Origin: Gaiellales bacterium
GTDB taxonomy: Bacteria; Actinomycetota; Thermoleophilia; Gaiellales; Gaiellaceae
Direction of reading: 5' to 3'
DNA: 64,000 nt
Assembly: GCA_038253005.1 (NCBI GenBank)
Contig: JBBSHO010000002.1
Location: 9,568-73,567, forward strand
In this document: positions 54,986-64,000 of the stretch, piece by piece
How the letters are laid out: every line of letters starts with the position of its first letter
Position numbering within the stretch: the stretch's first letter is position 1
The notes under the pieces: model-generated
Database searches by the model: none
The model's input: only the letters and a program-made list of their open reading frames with translations
Told to the model about the DNA's origin: nothing
Translations under genes and position numbers: made by a program

Positions 54986-57900
54986 GTGTTCGCTTCGCTC
55001 CCGGCCGTCCCGGACCACACCGCGCTCGAGGAGGAGATCCTCGCCTGGTGGGAGTCCGAGCGGACCTTCGAGCAGCTCCGCGAGCGGAATCGCGGCGGGC
55101 CGAAGTGGAGCTTCATCGACGGCCCGATCACTGCGAGCAACCCGATGGCCGCCCACCACTGCTGGGGACGGACGCTCAAGGACGTCTTCCAGCGCTACAA
55201 GGCGATGCGCGGCCACGAGCTGCGCTACCAGAACGGCTTCGACTGTCAGGGGCTCTGGATCGAGGTCGGAGTCGAGCGCTCGCTCGGCCTGAACTCGAAG
55301 CGCGAGATCGAGGAGTACGGCCTGGCGGAGTTCGCCGAGCGCTGCAAGGAGCGGGTGGCCGAGTTCGGCGAGGTGATCACCGAGCAGTGCAAGCGGCTCG
55401 GAATGTGGATGGACTGGGACAACGACTACTACACGTTCTCGGACGCGAACATCGAGTACATCTGGCGCTTCCTCGAGGTCTGTCAGGAGCGCGGCTGGCT
55501 CTACAAGGGGCACCGCTCGGTGGAATGGTGCCCGCGCTGCGGGACGTCTCTCTCCCAGCACGAGCTGATCAACTCCTACGAGGAGCTGACGCATCCCTCG
55601 CTCTTCGTTCGCTTCCCTTTGCACGACCGCGAGGGCGAGTCGCTCGTCGTCTGGACGACCACGCCGTGGACGCTGCCGGCGAATGTCGCGGCGGCGGTCA
55701 AGCCCGACGCCGAGTACGGGCTGCGCGAGAACGGCGAATGGGTCGCGGTCGCTCGCTATCCGGAGGAGTCGTTCGGACGGCGCGTCCGCGGCGAGGAGCT
55801 GGTCGGGCTCGAGTACGACGGCCCGTTCGACGAGCTGCCGTCCCAGCAGGGCGTCGTCCATCGCGTGATCCCGTGGGACGACGTCACGCTCGAGGAGGGC
55901 GCCGGCATCGTCCACATCGCGCCCGGGTGCGGGTCGGAGGACTTCGAGCTCTCGAAGGTGCACGACCTGCCGGTGCTGACCCCGATCGACGAGGCCGGCC
56001 TCTTCTACGGCGACTACGGAGAGTTCGAAGGCCGCTCGACGGAGGACGTGGAGAAGCCGATCGTGCTCGAGCTCGAGCGGCGTAACCGGCTGGTCGAGGC
56101 AGGCTCGATCGTCCATCGCTATCCGGTGTGCTGGCGCTGCGCGACGCCGCTCGTCTTCAGGATCGCCGACGATTGGCTGATCCGCGCCGACGAGATCCGC
56201 GGGCAGATGCTGGCCGCGAACGCCGAGGTCGAGTGGACGCCGGACTTCTACGGCAAGCGGATGGACGACTGGCTGCGCAACATGGACGACTGGAACATCT
56301 CGCGGCGCCGCTACTTCGGGCTGCCGCTGCCGTTCTATCCCTGTGAAGCGTGCGGGAAGCTGACGGTGATCGGCTCGCTGGCGGAGCTCCGCGAGCGAGC
56401 GACACGCGGCCTGGATCAGCTTCAGGAGCTACACCGTCCCTGGATCGACGCGGTGCCGATCTCCTGCGAGTGCGGGGCCGAGGTGCGGCGCATTCCGGAG
56501 GTCGGCGACGCCTGGCTCGACGCGGGCATCGTCCCGTTCTCGACGCTCGGCTGGGAGAGCCCGGAGTGGGTCGAGGGCGGCTACGCGACGGGGGCCTCGA
56601 AGGGGCTCTCCGGGGCGGACCTACCCGATCACGCGTACTGGGAGGAGTGGTTCCCGGCCGACTGGATCTCCGAGATGCGCGAGCAGATCCGGCTCTGGTT
56701 CTACTCCCAGAGCTTCATGTCGGTCACCCTCACCGGCCGCTCGCCGTACCGCCGCGTCCTCACCTACGAGAAGCTGCGCGACGAGACGGGCCGCGAGATG
56801 CACCGGTCGTGGGGGAACTCGATCGACGCGGCGGAGGCGCTCGAGAACATCGGCGCGGACGTGATCCGCTGGATGTTCTGCGAGCAGGCGCCGAGCCAGA
56901 ACCTGAAGTTCGGCTACGGCCCGGCTGCGGAGATCAGGAGGCGTCTGCTGACGCTCTGGAACTCGGTCAAGTTCCTCGTCGACTACGCGAACGTGCAGGG
57001 CTTCCGGGCGGGCGTGGAACCAGACCGGGGCGAGCTGCAGCCGCTCGACCGCTGGCTCGTCGAGCGAACCGGGCAGCTCGTCGCGGAGATGACCGGCGCG
57101 TACGAGCGCTTCTGGACTCCCGACCTGATCCGAGCGTTCGAGAGCTTCGTCGACGACCTGTCGAACTGGTACATCCGCCGGTCGCGGCGGCGCTTCTGGA
57201 GTGGAGACGAAGCGGCGCTGTGGACGCTCTGGCATGCGCTCGTGGTCGCGGCGCAGACGGTCGCTCCGGTGATGCCGTTCCTCGCGGAGCACCTGTGGCG
57301 GACTCTGCGCGCGGGCGACGCGCCCGAATCGGTCTTCCTCGCTTCCTGGCCCGAGACGCGGGCGCTGGACGAGGAGCTCCTGGCCGAGGTCGCCGAGGTG
57401 CGCCGGGTCGTCGAGCTCGGCCGGCAGGCGCGCGCGCAGGCGAACCGGAAGCTGCGGCAGCCGCTGCGGCGACTCGTCGTCCAGGGCGCCGGCCCGGCGG
57501 CGCGGCATGCCGAGGAGATCGCCGAGGAGCTGCGCGTAAAGGAGGTGCAGTTCGGCCCGGTCGAGGCGATCGAGATCCGGGTGAAGCCGAACCTGCCCGT
57601 GCTCGGCCCGAAGCTCGGCAAGGAGCTCGGCCCCGTACGGGCCGCGCTCGCGGCGGGCGAGTTCGACCAGCTCGAGGACGGCGGCGTTCGCGTGCACGGC
57701 CATGAGCTTCGCGCGGACGACGTGCTGATCGAGCGAGCGCCCCGGGAGGGCTGGGCGCTCGCCGAGGACGGCAGGCTCACGGTCGCGATCGCGACCGACC
57801 TCGACGACGAGCTTCGCCTCGAGGGACGTGCGCTCGACCTGATCCATCTGTTGAACACGAAGCGCAAGGAAGCGGGGCTCGAGCTGACCGATCGAATCCG

Positions 57901-58021
57901 GGTCACCCTCCCCGAGTCCGACCGCGCTCTCCTCGGTCACGAGCAATGGATCAAGGACGAGGTCCTCGCCGTCGAGATCCGCACAGCCCGCGTCGACGAG
58001 CCCGAGCTCGAGCAGGCCTAG
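54986..58021 (+). CDS. ileS: isoleucine--tRNA ligase
   Basis: The class Ia layout includes a WCPRCGTSLSQHE editing-domain junction and a C-terminal anticodon-binding domain. The start was set at GVFASLPAVPDHTALEEEIL (GVF = GTG 54986); the track ORF starts at 54779 and crosses the trxA promoter region. Confidence 0.85.
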   Translation: MFASLPAVPDHTALEEEILAWWESERTFEQLRERNRGGPKWSFIDGPITASNPMAAHHCWGRTLKDVFQRYKAMRGHELRYQNGFDCQGLWIEVGVERSLGLNSKREIEEYGLAEFAERCKERVAEFGEVITEQCKRLGMWMDWDNDYYTFSDANIEYIWRFLEVCQERGWLYKGHRSVEWCPRCGTSLSQHELINSYEELTHPSLFVRFPLHDREGESLVVWTTTPWTLPANVAAAVKPDAEYGLRENGEWVAVARYPEESFGRRVRGEELVGLEYDGPFDELPSQQGVVHRVIPWDDVTLEEGAGIVHIAPGCGSEDFELSKVHDLPVLTPIDEAGLFYGDYGEFEGRSTEDVEKPIVLELERRNRLVEAGSIVHRYPVCWRCATPLVFRIADDWLIRADEIRGQMLAANAEVEWTPDFYGKRMDDWLRNMDDWNISRRRYFGLPLPFYPCEACGKLTVIGSLAELRERATRGLDQLQELHRPWIDAVPISCECGAEVRRIPEVGDAWLDAGIVPFSTLGWESPEWVEGGYATGASKGLSGADLPDHAYWEEWFPADWISEMREQIRLWFYSQSFMSVTLTGRSPYRRVLTYEKLRDETGREMHRSWGNSIDAAEALENIGADVIRWMFCEQAPSQNLKFGYGPAAEIRRRLLTLWNSVKFLVDYANVQGFRAGVEPDRGELQPLDRWLVERTGQLVAEMTGAYERFWTPDLIRAFESFVDDLSNWYIRRSRRRFWSGDEAALWTLWHALVVAAQTVAPVMPFLAEHLWRTLRAGDAPESVFLASWPETRALDEELLAEVAEVRRVVELGRQARAQANRKLRQPLRRLVVQGAGPAARHAEEIAEELRVKEVQFGPVEAIEIRVKPNLPVLGPKLGKELGPVRAALAAGEFDQLEDGGVRVHGHELRADDVLIERAPREGWALAEDGRLTVAIATDLDDELRLEGRALDLIHLLNTKRKEAGLELTDRIRVTLPESDRALLGHEQWIKDEVLAVEIRTARVDEPELEQA

Positions 58022-59124
58022 CCGAGAGCCGCGCGCAGGCGGTCGAGCCCGAGGTCGAGCGTCTCGTCGGCGACCGCGAGCGAGAGACGCGCCCAACCCG
58101 CGCCGCGCTCGCCGAAGCCCTCCCCGGGAGCGACGGCGACCCGACGCTCCGTCAGCAGTCGCTCGGCGGTCATTCCTGCCGGTAGCCGGAACCAGACGAA
58201 GAAGGCGCCCTCGGAGCGCGCTTCCACGCCGTGGAGGGCGGCATGGGCGCGGTCGCGGCGCGCCTCGTAGGCGGCCCGGCGCACCTCGACGGAGTCCTGT
58301 GGGCCGGTCAGCGCGGCGATCCCGGCTTCCTGCACCGGCCGGAAGACACCGGCGAACAGGTGCTCCTGCAGCAGCTCGAGCCGGCCGACGAGCTCCGCGT
58401 TCCCGAGCGCGAAGCCGAGCCGCCAGCCGGCCATCCCGTAGGTCTTCGACATGCTGAAGAGCTCGATTCCGGCCTCGCGCGCGCCATCGGCGGCGAGGAA
58501 GCTTACGGGCCGCCGTCCGTCGAAGACGAGGTCGCCGTACGCGAAGTCGTGCAGGAGCCAGGCGCCGGACCTCCCGGCCCACGCGACCGCCTCGTCGAAC
58601 ACTCCGTCGGGCGCAGCCTCGGCGGTCGGGTTCGTCGGATAGTTCAGGTACGCGGCGGCCGCATCCGTCGGCGCCTCCGCCAGGCGGGAGTACGAGACCC
58701 GCCGCGCTCCCGCCAGGGCGACGGCCGAGTTGTAGTCCGGGTACCCGGGATCGGGAAGCAGGATCGTCTCGCCGCGCTCGACCGCGCAGAGCGCGAACTC
58801 GATCAGCGCCGTCTTCGTCCCGGGCACGACCGCGACCTCGCGCTCCGGATCGAGCTCGACGCCGTACACCGACGCGTACCGGATCGCGATCGCCTCCTTC
58901 AGCTCCGGCAGCCCGCCGAACCGCGCGTAGCCGTGCGCGTCCGGGCGGCCCGCCGCAGCCGCGAGCGCCTCGACGACGTGCGGCGGCGGTCCGACCTCCG
59001 GGTTCCCGCGGCCGAGGTCGACGAGGCGCTCCCCGCGGGCCGCTGCCGCGGCGGACACGCGCGCGAGGAGCGATGTGAAGTACTGCTCGGGCAGGCGCTT
59101 GATCCGGGCCGGGGGCGGACGCAC
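58018..59124 (-). CDS. pyridoxal phosphate-dependent aminotransferase (class I/II)
   Basis: The PLP-Lys motif is SMSKTYGMAGWRLG. TAGCAT lies 6 nt upstream of GTG 59124. Confidence 0.8.
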   Translation of the reverse strand: MRPPPARIKRLPEQYFTSLLARVSAAAAARGERLVDLGRGNPEVGPPPHVVEALAAAAGRPDAHGYARFGGLPELKEAIAIRYASVYGVELDPEREVAVVPGTKTALIEFALCAVERGETILLPDPGYPDYNSAVALAGARRVSYSRLAEAPTDAAAAYLNYPTNPTAEAAPDGVFDEAVAWAGRSGAWLLHDFAYGDLVFDGRRPVSFLAADGAREAGIELFSMSKTYGMAGWRLGFALGNAELVGRLELLQEHLFAGVFRPVQEAGIAALTGPQDSVEVRRAAYEARRDRAHAALHGVEARSEGAFFVWFRLPAGMTAERLLTERRVAVAPGEGFGERGAGWARLSLAVADETLDLGLDRLRAALG

Positions 59125-59180
59125 CCGCCGATGCTACGGCGCACGGGATTGCCAAGTACGCGGCTGGAGTCGCTGCGGGT

Positions 59181-60149
59181 CTACGCGGCCGAGCTTGCAG
59201 CCCGCCGGAGCTCGACCGGGAGCCGGAAGACGACGTCCTCATAGACCGAGGCGAACGGCTCGATCTCCTCGACGCCGCGCGCCCGGAACCAGGCGCAGAC
59301 TCGTTCGACGAGCCGCTCCGGCGCGGAGGCGCCCGAGGTCAGGCCGACCGTTTCCGCGCTGTCGAGCCAGCGCTCGTCGATCTCCGACTCGTCGTCGATC
59401 AGGTGCGCCCGGACTCCGGCGGCACGTGCCACCTCGACCAGCCGGTTCGAGTTCGACGAGTTGCGCGAGCCGATCACGAGCAGCAGGTCGACCTCCCCGA
59501 GCAGCTCCTTCACCGCCCACTGGCGGTTGGAGGTCGCGTAGCAGATGTCCTCGCGCTGCGGAGCCCGGATGCCCGGGAAGCGGCGGCGCAGGACGTCCAG
59601 GATCTCGCCGGTCTCGTCCACGGACAGCGTCGTCTGCGTGACGTAGGCGAGGGGAAGGCCGTCGGAAAGCTCCAGCGCCTCGGCCTCGGCGACCGACTGG
59701 ACGAGCGTGATCGCTCCGGGCGCCTCGCCCATCGTCCCCACGACCTCTTCGTGACCGGCGTGCCCGATCAGGAGGATCCGATAGCCCTCGGCCGCGTACC
59801 GCTTCGCCTGGACGTGCACCTTCGTGACGAGCGGGCAGGTCGCGTCGATCGTGTTCAGCCCGCGCGCGGTCGCGTTCACGTGCACGGTCGGCGCGACGCC
59901 GTGCGCCGAGAGTACGAGCGTCGCTCCCTCGGGCGCCTCCGTCTCCTCCTCGACGAAGATCACGCCCCGTTCCTCGAGCTCGCGCACGACGTGGGCGTTG
60001 TGGACGATCTGCCGGCGGACGTAGACCGGTGCGCCGTAGAGATCGAGCGCGCGCTCGACGGTCTCGACGGCGCGTTCCACTCCGGCGCAGTACCCCCGGG
60101 GCGACGCGAGGAGGACTCGCTTCACCAAGTTGCAACCCATGGTAGCCAT
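59181..60149 (-). CDS. ispH: 4-hydroxy-3-methylbut-2-enyl diphosphate reductase
   Basis: KRVLLASPRGYCAGVERAV is present with three conserved Cys regions and SSNSNRL. The start is uncertain (ATG 60149 or 60140, TTG 60128, GTG 60125). Confidence 0.88.
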   Translation of the reverse strand: MATMGCNLVKRVLLASPRGYCAGVERAVETVERALDLYGAPVYVRRQIVHNAHVVRELEERGVIFVEEETEAPEGATLVLSAHGVAPTVHVNATARGLNTIDATCPLVTKVHVQAKRYAAEGYRILLIGHAGHEEVVGTMGEAPGAITLVQSVAEAEALELSDGLPLAYVTQTTLSVDETGEILDVLRRRFPGIRAPQREDICYATSNRQWAVKELLGEVDLLLVIGSRNSSNSNRLVEVARAAGVRAHLIDDESEIDERWLDSAETVGLTSGASAPERLVERVCAWFRARGVEEIEPFASVYEDVVFRLPVELRRAASSAA

Positions 60150-60206
60150 CGAGGGCTCGACCTCAGAGGGACAGTCGAAAAAGATGGAAGAAGGCCCGCC
60201 GCACGG

Positions 60207-60341
60207 GGGGTCGGTGGCGACGGGCCCTCTCCAGGTGCTCACCGCGGACAGCAAGGCCAGGAACGCGCCGCGGTTCGCATCGCCCAGTGCCGTTGACCCT
60301 AGCGAGTCCGACTCGCGGTTCCAATAGGCCGAACGGCCTAT
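60207..60341 (+). ncRNA. candidate structured RNA (long wobble-containing hairpin plus two short perfect hairpins); function unknown
   Basis: 60208..60224 pairs with 60283..60299 at 15 of 17 positions, including 4 G-U pairs valid only on the plus strand. The inner helix is 60241..60247 / 60268..60274. The short hairpins are at 60302..60316 and 60324..60341. Confidence 0.3.
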
Positions 60342-60460
60342 CTTCGCAAAGGCTCCAGGACCGCAGGAAAGCAACTCGGGCGCGGGAAAACCCTGCTCAA
60401 CCGGTGGTTCCGCCGCGTCTCGACGGGCCCGACCCCCCTCCGTAGAATCCAGAGCGCCGA

Positions 60461-63400
60461 GTGAGTCAAACGAGCCAAGCCCCGTGGTTCAACGCGATGC
60501 CGCTTCTGCTCGCGGCCGCCGCATACCTCGGGACGATCGCGGTCGCCCTGGCGGTCGCGCTCGTCGCCTCCCTGACGGCGGTCTGGGTCCTTGTGCGCGC
60601 GCGTACTCGCGCGGCGCGGCCTGAGGCCGGGACATCTCAGGGCGAGCTCGAGGCGGTAGCGGCGATCTCGAACGCGCTCGCTCAGACCCACGACGACCGG
60701 GCTGTCGCCCGCCTCCTGCTCCGGGAGGCCGGATCGATGGCCGGCGTCGAGGTCGCATGCCTCGCCGTCCTCGACGCGGACGGGAAGACGGCTCGCGGAT
60801 TGCTCGGGCGCGCGGAGGGAGCGGACCTGGACTGGTTCACGGAGACGGTCTTCGACCTGGAGCGCGAGCCTTCCGGCGTCGCGACCGCGGCCTTCGAGGC
60901 CGAGCCCTTCACCGTCGAGGACGCCGCCGGCTCGCCGCGGCTCAGCCGGCCTCTGGTCGAGGCGGTCGGCGCCAGGAGCGCGGCGTTCGTTCCCCTGATT
61001 GCGGAGGGGCGGGTGATCGCCGTGCTCGTCCTCTGCTCGACGTCCGAGCCGAAGACGTTCTCCGACCAGGAGCTCACGCTCCTGCAGACGCTCGCCGCCG
61101 AGGCCGCGCTCGCCCTCGACCGCGCCCGCTCGACCTCCGCTCTCGCCCAGGCGCTCGCCGACAACGAGCGCCGGATGGCCGAGCAGAGCGCGCTGCTGCG
61201 CGCGGCGAAGTCTCTGACGAGCGACCTGCAGCTCGACGCCGTGCTCCATCGACTCGTCGAGCAAGTGGCGGAGCTGCTCGGGGCCGACGCGGCGGATTGC
61301 TACCTCTACGATCGCGACCGCCATGTTCTGCGCTGCGAGGCCGTGCAGGGGCTCTCGCCCGAGCTGATCGGCTTCGAGTTCGCGGCCGACCGCGGGGCGG
61401 CCGGCGAGGCGCTGCGGCAGGGCAAGCCGGTGATCGCGGCCGCCTACTCCGGGCTGGACAAGCCCGTACCGAACGAGGCGTACGCGGACTTCGCCGATGC
61501 GATCGTGGCGCCGATGCGCTGGTCGGAGTCGCTGCAGGGCGTGCTCGGCGTGGGCACGCGCGGCGGTCGGCGCTTCACCGTCGAGGACGCGAATCTGCTC
61601 GAGGCTTATGCGGGACTCGCCTCGCTCGCTCTCGCGAACGCACAAGCGTTCGACGCGCGCACCCGGCAGGCACGCGTGCAGCGCGGCTTCTTCCGGATTG
61701 CGTCCGCCCTCGGACAGTCGCTCTCGCTGGCGGCTACCCTCGACGCGGTCGCCCATGCCGCGAACGAGGCGTTCGCGGGCGCCTTTGCCGCCGTCCTGAT
61801 GCCTCGCGGCTCGACGCTCGGGCTCGCCGGGTCGACGGAGCTTCCGGCCGCACTCGCGGATGCGCTCGACTCCGGCCTGCCCGAGTCGGCGGGGTGCCTG
61901 CGCACAGCCGCCGCGGACAACCGGGTGCTCGCCTCGCCGGAGATCTCCGAGGACGATCGTTTCGAGCTGGCCTGGGTCGAGCTGGCCGGGCGCGCCGGCT
62001 GCCGCTCGCTGCTCGCCGTCCCGGTCGCGAGCCCGCGCGAGGAGACGAGCGGCCTCGTGATCGTCTTCTTCGCCGAGCCGCGGTCGCTCGCGGACGAGGA
62101 CCTCGAGCTCGCCCGGCACCTCGCGGATGCGGCGCGCGGCGCGCTTCAGCGCAGCGAGCTCTACGAGGCCGAGCGCACGGCGCGAGCGCTCTCGCAGCAG
62201 CTCGCCCGCACCGGCGGCGTCCTCGCGACCGAGCTCGAGCCGACCGCCGTGCTCGACGAGGTCGTGCAACAGGCGCCCGCGCTGCTCGGCGCCGAAGCCT
62301 GCGCGATCCGCATCCTCGAGGAGGACCAGCTCGTCGTCAGCGCGGCGAGCGGGGAGGGGACGCAAGATGCAGTCGGCACGCGGGCGCCGTCCACCGCGTG
62401 GCTGTCCGGGGACGTCTTCCAGTCCCGGGCGCCGCTCGCGATCGACGATGTCTCGGGCGATTGGCGCCTGATCGAGGTCGACCCGATCCTCCAGACGGGC
62501 TATGCGGGATTCCTGGGCGTCCCGCTCTCGGGGCTGGAAGGCGCGCTCCACGGAGTCCTAGCCGTCTACGCGCTCCGCCCGCGCACCTGGCGCCCGGAAG
62601 AGGTCGAGGCGCTCCAGGCGCTCGCCGCGAACACGTCAGCCGCGTTGTCGAACGCCGAGCTCTACTCCCGCGTCTCTTTGGAGAAGGAACGGAGCGTTGC
62701 GATCCTTGCGAACATCGCCGACGGGATCGTCGCCGTCGATCGCGACGGGAAGGTCGTCCTCTGGAACGCCGCGGCCGAGGAGATCACCGGTATCCCCGAG
62801 GACGAGGCGCTCGGGCGGACGCCGGTGCAGGTGCTCCAGCGCACGCTCGAGTCCGGGGAGGAGGACGCCCCCGGCGGGCAGCGGCTCGTCTCGATCGTGA
62901 AGGGCGGCGAGGAGGTCTGGCTTTCGCTCAGCGAGGCGGCGATGCGCGACCCTCTGGGGGCGATCGCCGGCCGGATCTTCGCTTTTCGGGACATCTCCGC
63001 AGACCGCCTGGTGGAAGAAATCAAGTCCGACTTCGTCGCGGCCGTCTCGCACGGGCTCCGCACGCCGCTGACCTCGATCTACGGGTTCGCCGAGACCCTG
63101 CTCCGCCAGGACGTGCTCTTCGGGGAAGAGGAGCGCCGCACGTTCCTCGGCTACATCGCGTCGGAGTCCGAGCGCCTGACCGAGATCGTCGACCAGCTCC
63201 TGAACGTCGCGCGACTGGATGCCGGTGACCTCCAGGTCGACCTCGGCCGGATCGACGTCGGCTCGGTCGTATCGGAGGTGGTCGAGACGGTCGAGGAGTC
63301 GGGAACGACGAACGGCCATCGCTTCGAGCTCGACCTGCCGTCCGAGCCCCTCGCCGCAGAGGCGGACAGGGACAAGCTCCGCCAGGTCTTCAACATCCTC

Positions 63401-63709
63401 GTCGACAACGCGCTCAAGTACTCGCCACGGGGAGGCACCGTCACCGTCGGCGCGCGACTGCGCGAGGGCACCGTCGAAGTGCGTGTCGGGGACGAGGGCA
63501 TCGGTATCCCACAGGGCGAGCACGATCGGATCTTCCGGAAGTTCTATCGCGCCGAGTCGGTAGGCCGGGACGGAGGCGGCGGGGGCACCGGCCTCGGTCT
63601 CTTCATCGCGAAGGAGCTCGTCAACGCGATGGGCGGGCGCATCTGGGTCGATTCCACCGAGGGCGCGGGTGCGAGCTTCGCGTTTGAGTTACCCGCGTCG
63701 CGGGAGTAG
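60461..63709 (+). CDS. membrane-anchored sensor histidine kinase with four GAF domains, a PAS domain, HisKA and HATPase_c
   Basis: It has an N-terminal TM helix and four GAF-like ~150-aa modules. The H-box is AAVSHGLRTPLTSI, with an N-box and G-boxes (GDEGIGIP, GTGLGL). Confidence 0.85.
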   Translation: MSQTSQAPWFNAMPLLLAAAAYLGTIAVALAVALVASLTAVWVLVRARTRAARPEAGTSQGELEAVAAISNALAQTHDDRAVARLLLREAGSMAGVEVACLAVLDADGKTARGLLGRAEGADLDWFTETVFDLEREPSGVATAAFEAEPFTVEDAAGSPRLSRPLVEAVGARSAAFVPLIAEGRVIAVLVLCSTSEPKTFSDQELTLLQTLAAEAALALDRARSTSALAQALADNERRMAEQSALLRAAKSLTSDLQLDAVLHRLVEQVAELLGADAADCYLYDRDRHVLRCEAVQGLSPELIGFEFAADRGAAGEALRQGKPVIAAAYSGLDKPVPNEAYADFADAIVAPMRWSESLQGVLGVGTRGGRRFTVEDANLLEAYAGLASLALANAQAFDARTRQARVQRGFFRIASALGQSLSLAATLDAVAHAANEAFAGAFAAVLMPRGSTLGLAGSTELPAALADALDSGLPESAGCLRTAAADNRVLASPEISEDDRFELAWVELAGRAGCRSLLAVPVASPREETSGLVIVFFAEPRSLADEDLELARHLADAARGALQRSELYEAERTARALSQQLARTGGVLATELEPTAVLDEVVQQAPALLGAEACAIRILEEDQLVVSAASGEGTQDAVGTRAPSTAWLSGDVFQSRAPLAIDDVSGDWRLIEVDPILQTGYAGFLGVPLSGLEGALHGVLAVYALRPRTWRPEEVEALQALAANTSAALSNAELYSRVSLEKERSVAILANIADGIVAVDRDGKVVLWNAAAEEITGIPEDEALGRTPVQVLQRTLESGEEDAPGGQRLVSIVKGGEEVWLSLSEAAMRDPLGAIAGRIFAFRDISADRLVEEIKSDFVAAVSHGLRTPLTSIYGFAETLLRQDVLFGEEERRTFLGYIASESERLTEIVDQLLNVARLDAGDLQVDLGRIDVGSVVSEVVETVEESGTTNGHRFELDLPSEPLAAEADRDKLRQVFNILVDNALKYSPRGGTVTVGARLREGTVEVRVGDEGIGIPQGEHDRIFRKFYRAESVGRDGGGGGTGLGLFIAKELVNAMGGRIWVDSTEGAGASFAFELPASRE

Positions 63710-63759
63710 AGCGGCGGGGCCGCGGGTAGAGCGGTCCCAGCGTCGAAGAGCATCGCCCA

Positions 63760-64000
63760 ATGACCAAGGTTCTCGTAATCGACGACGAGGCTCCGATTCG
63801 CCTGCTGTGCAAGGTGAACCTGGAGGCCGAAGGGATGGAAGTGATCGAGGCGGCCGATGGGCCTTCCGGCCTCGACGCGGCCCGGGAGACCACGCCCGAC
63901 GTCATCCTCCTCGACGTGATGATGCCGGGGCTCGACGGGTGGCGGGTCGCCGAGCAGCTGCTCGAGGACGGCCGGACGAACGAGATCCCGATCATCTTCC
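63760..64000 (+). CDS. response regulator receiver domain protein, 3' end outside window
   Basis: MTKVLVIDDEAPIRLL...DVILLDVMMPGLDG contains the phospho-acceptor Asp context. It is not in the ORF track because it runs off the window. Confidence 0.8.
   Translation, partial: MTKVLVIDDEAPIRLLCKVNLEAEGMEVIEAADGPSGLDAARETTPDVILLDVMMPGLDGWRVAEQLLEDGRTNEIPIIF

Noticed and set aside
60207-60300. Small SRP (4.5S) RNA, suggested by a long hairpin containing CCAGGU and AGCAAGG.
   Set aside because: There is no GNRA tetraloop closed by a helix at the apex. The GGAAGCAGCC-type 3' strand and the symmetric/asymmetric loop arrangement cannot be aligned.

Overview
This is a very GC-rich, densely packed chromosomal segment. 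Gene content, the many GTG starts and the promoter pattern suggest an actinobacterium-like organism; that is inference only. I call about 65 protein genes on both strands.

Gene content:
- Core metabolism and translation: rplM-rpsI-glmM-glmS, guaB-guaA, pyrE/pyrF, murI-rph, rdgB, acpS-nnr-alr, fabI, trxA, ileS, ispH, hup, arfB.
- Homogentisate catabolism: an FAH-family gene and hmgA.
- Envelope and secreted enzymes: an S8 subtilase, an S15 hydrolase, a DD-carboxypeptidase, an MepA-like endopeptidase, a LysM protein and a BNR protein.
- Signalling: a 4xGAF-PAS histidine kinase with a response regulator, a STAS protein, a cNMP-binding protein and a Roadblock-like protein.
- I recognised no rRNA, tRNA, CRISPR array, transposase or integrase.

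Items most worth a second look:
1. An AhpE-like peroxiredoxin has an in-frame TGA exactly at the peroxidatic-Cys position, with a SECIS-like hairpin 12 nt downstream. It is a candidate selenoprotein, and the ORF track splits it.
2. About 20 genes carry a TANNNT hexamer 5-8 nt upstream of the start codon. This points to pervasive leaderless transcription and helps fix several start sites.
3. Two enzymes (an SDR and a HAD dehalogenase) have intact N-terminal motifs but no ATG/GTG/TTG. Each has only a CTG embedded in a CTGA stop/start overlap.
4. A family of 33-nt palindromes (GGGGTC-W-GACCCC core) sits at 3' gene ends and shows compensatory stem changes between copies.
5. arfB and a HAD-IIA gene have start codons that overlap head-to-head inside a 10-bp inverted repeat.
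6. A wobble-supported long hairpin plus two short hairpins lies in the 311-bp ispH/kinase spacer.
7. A 43-aa acidic mini-ORF is translationally coupled to a stand-alone cNMP-binding protein upstream of a Kelch/beta-propeller protein.
8. There is a frameshifted Nudix gene and two short gene relics.

All calls were made by eye from the sequence and the ORF track. No database search was run.
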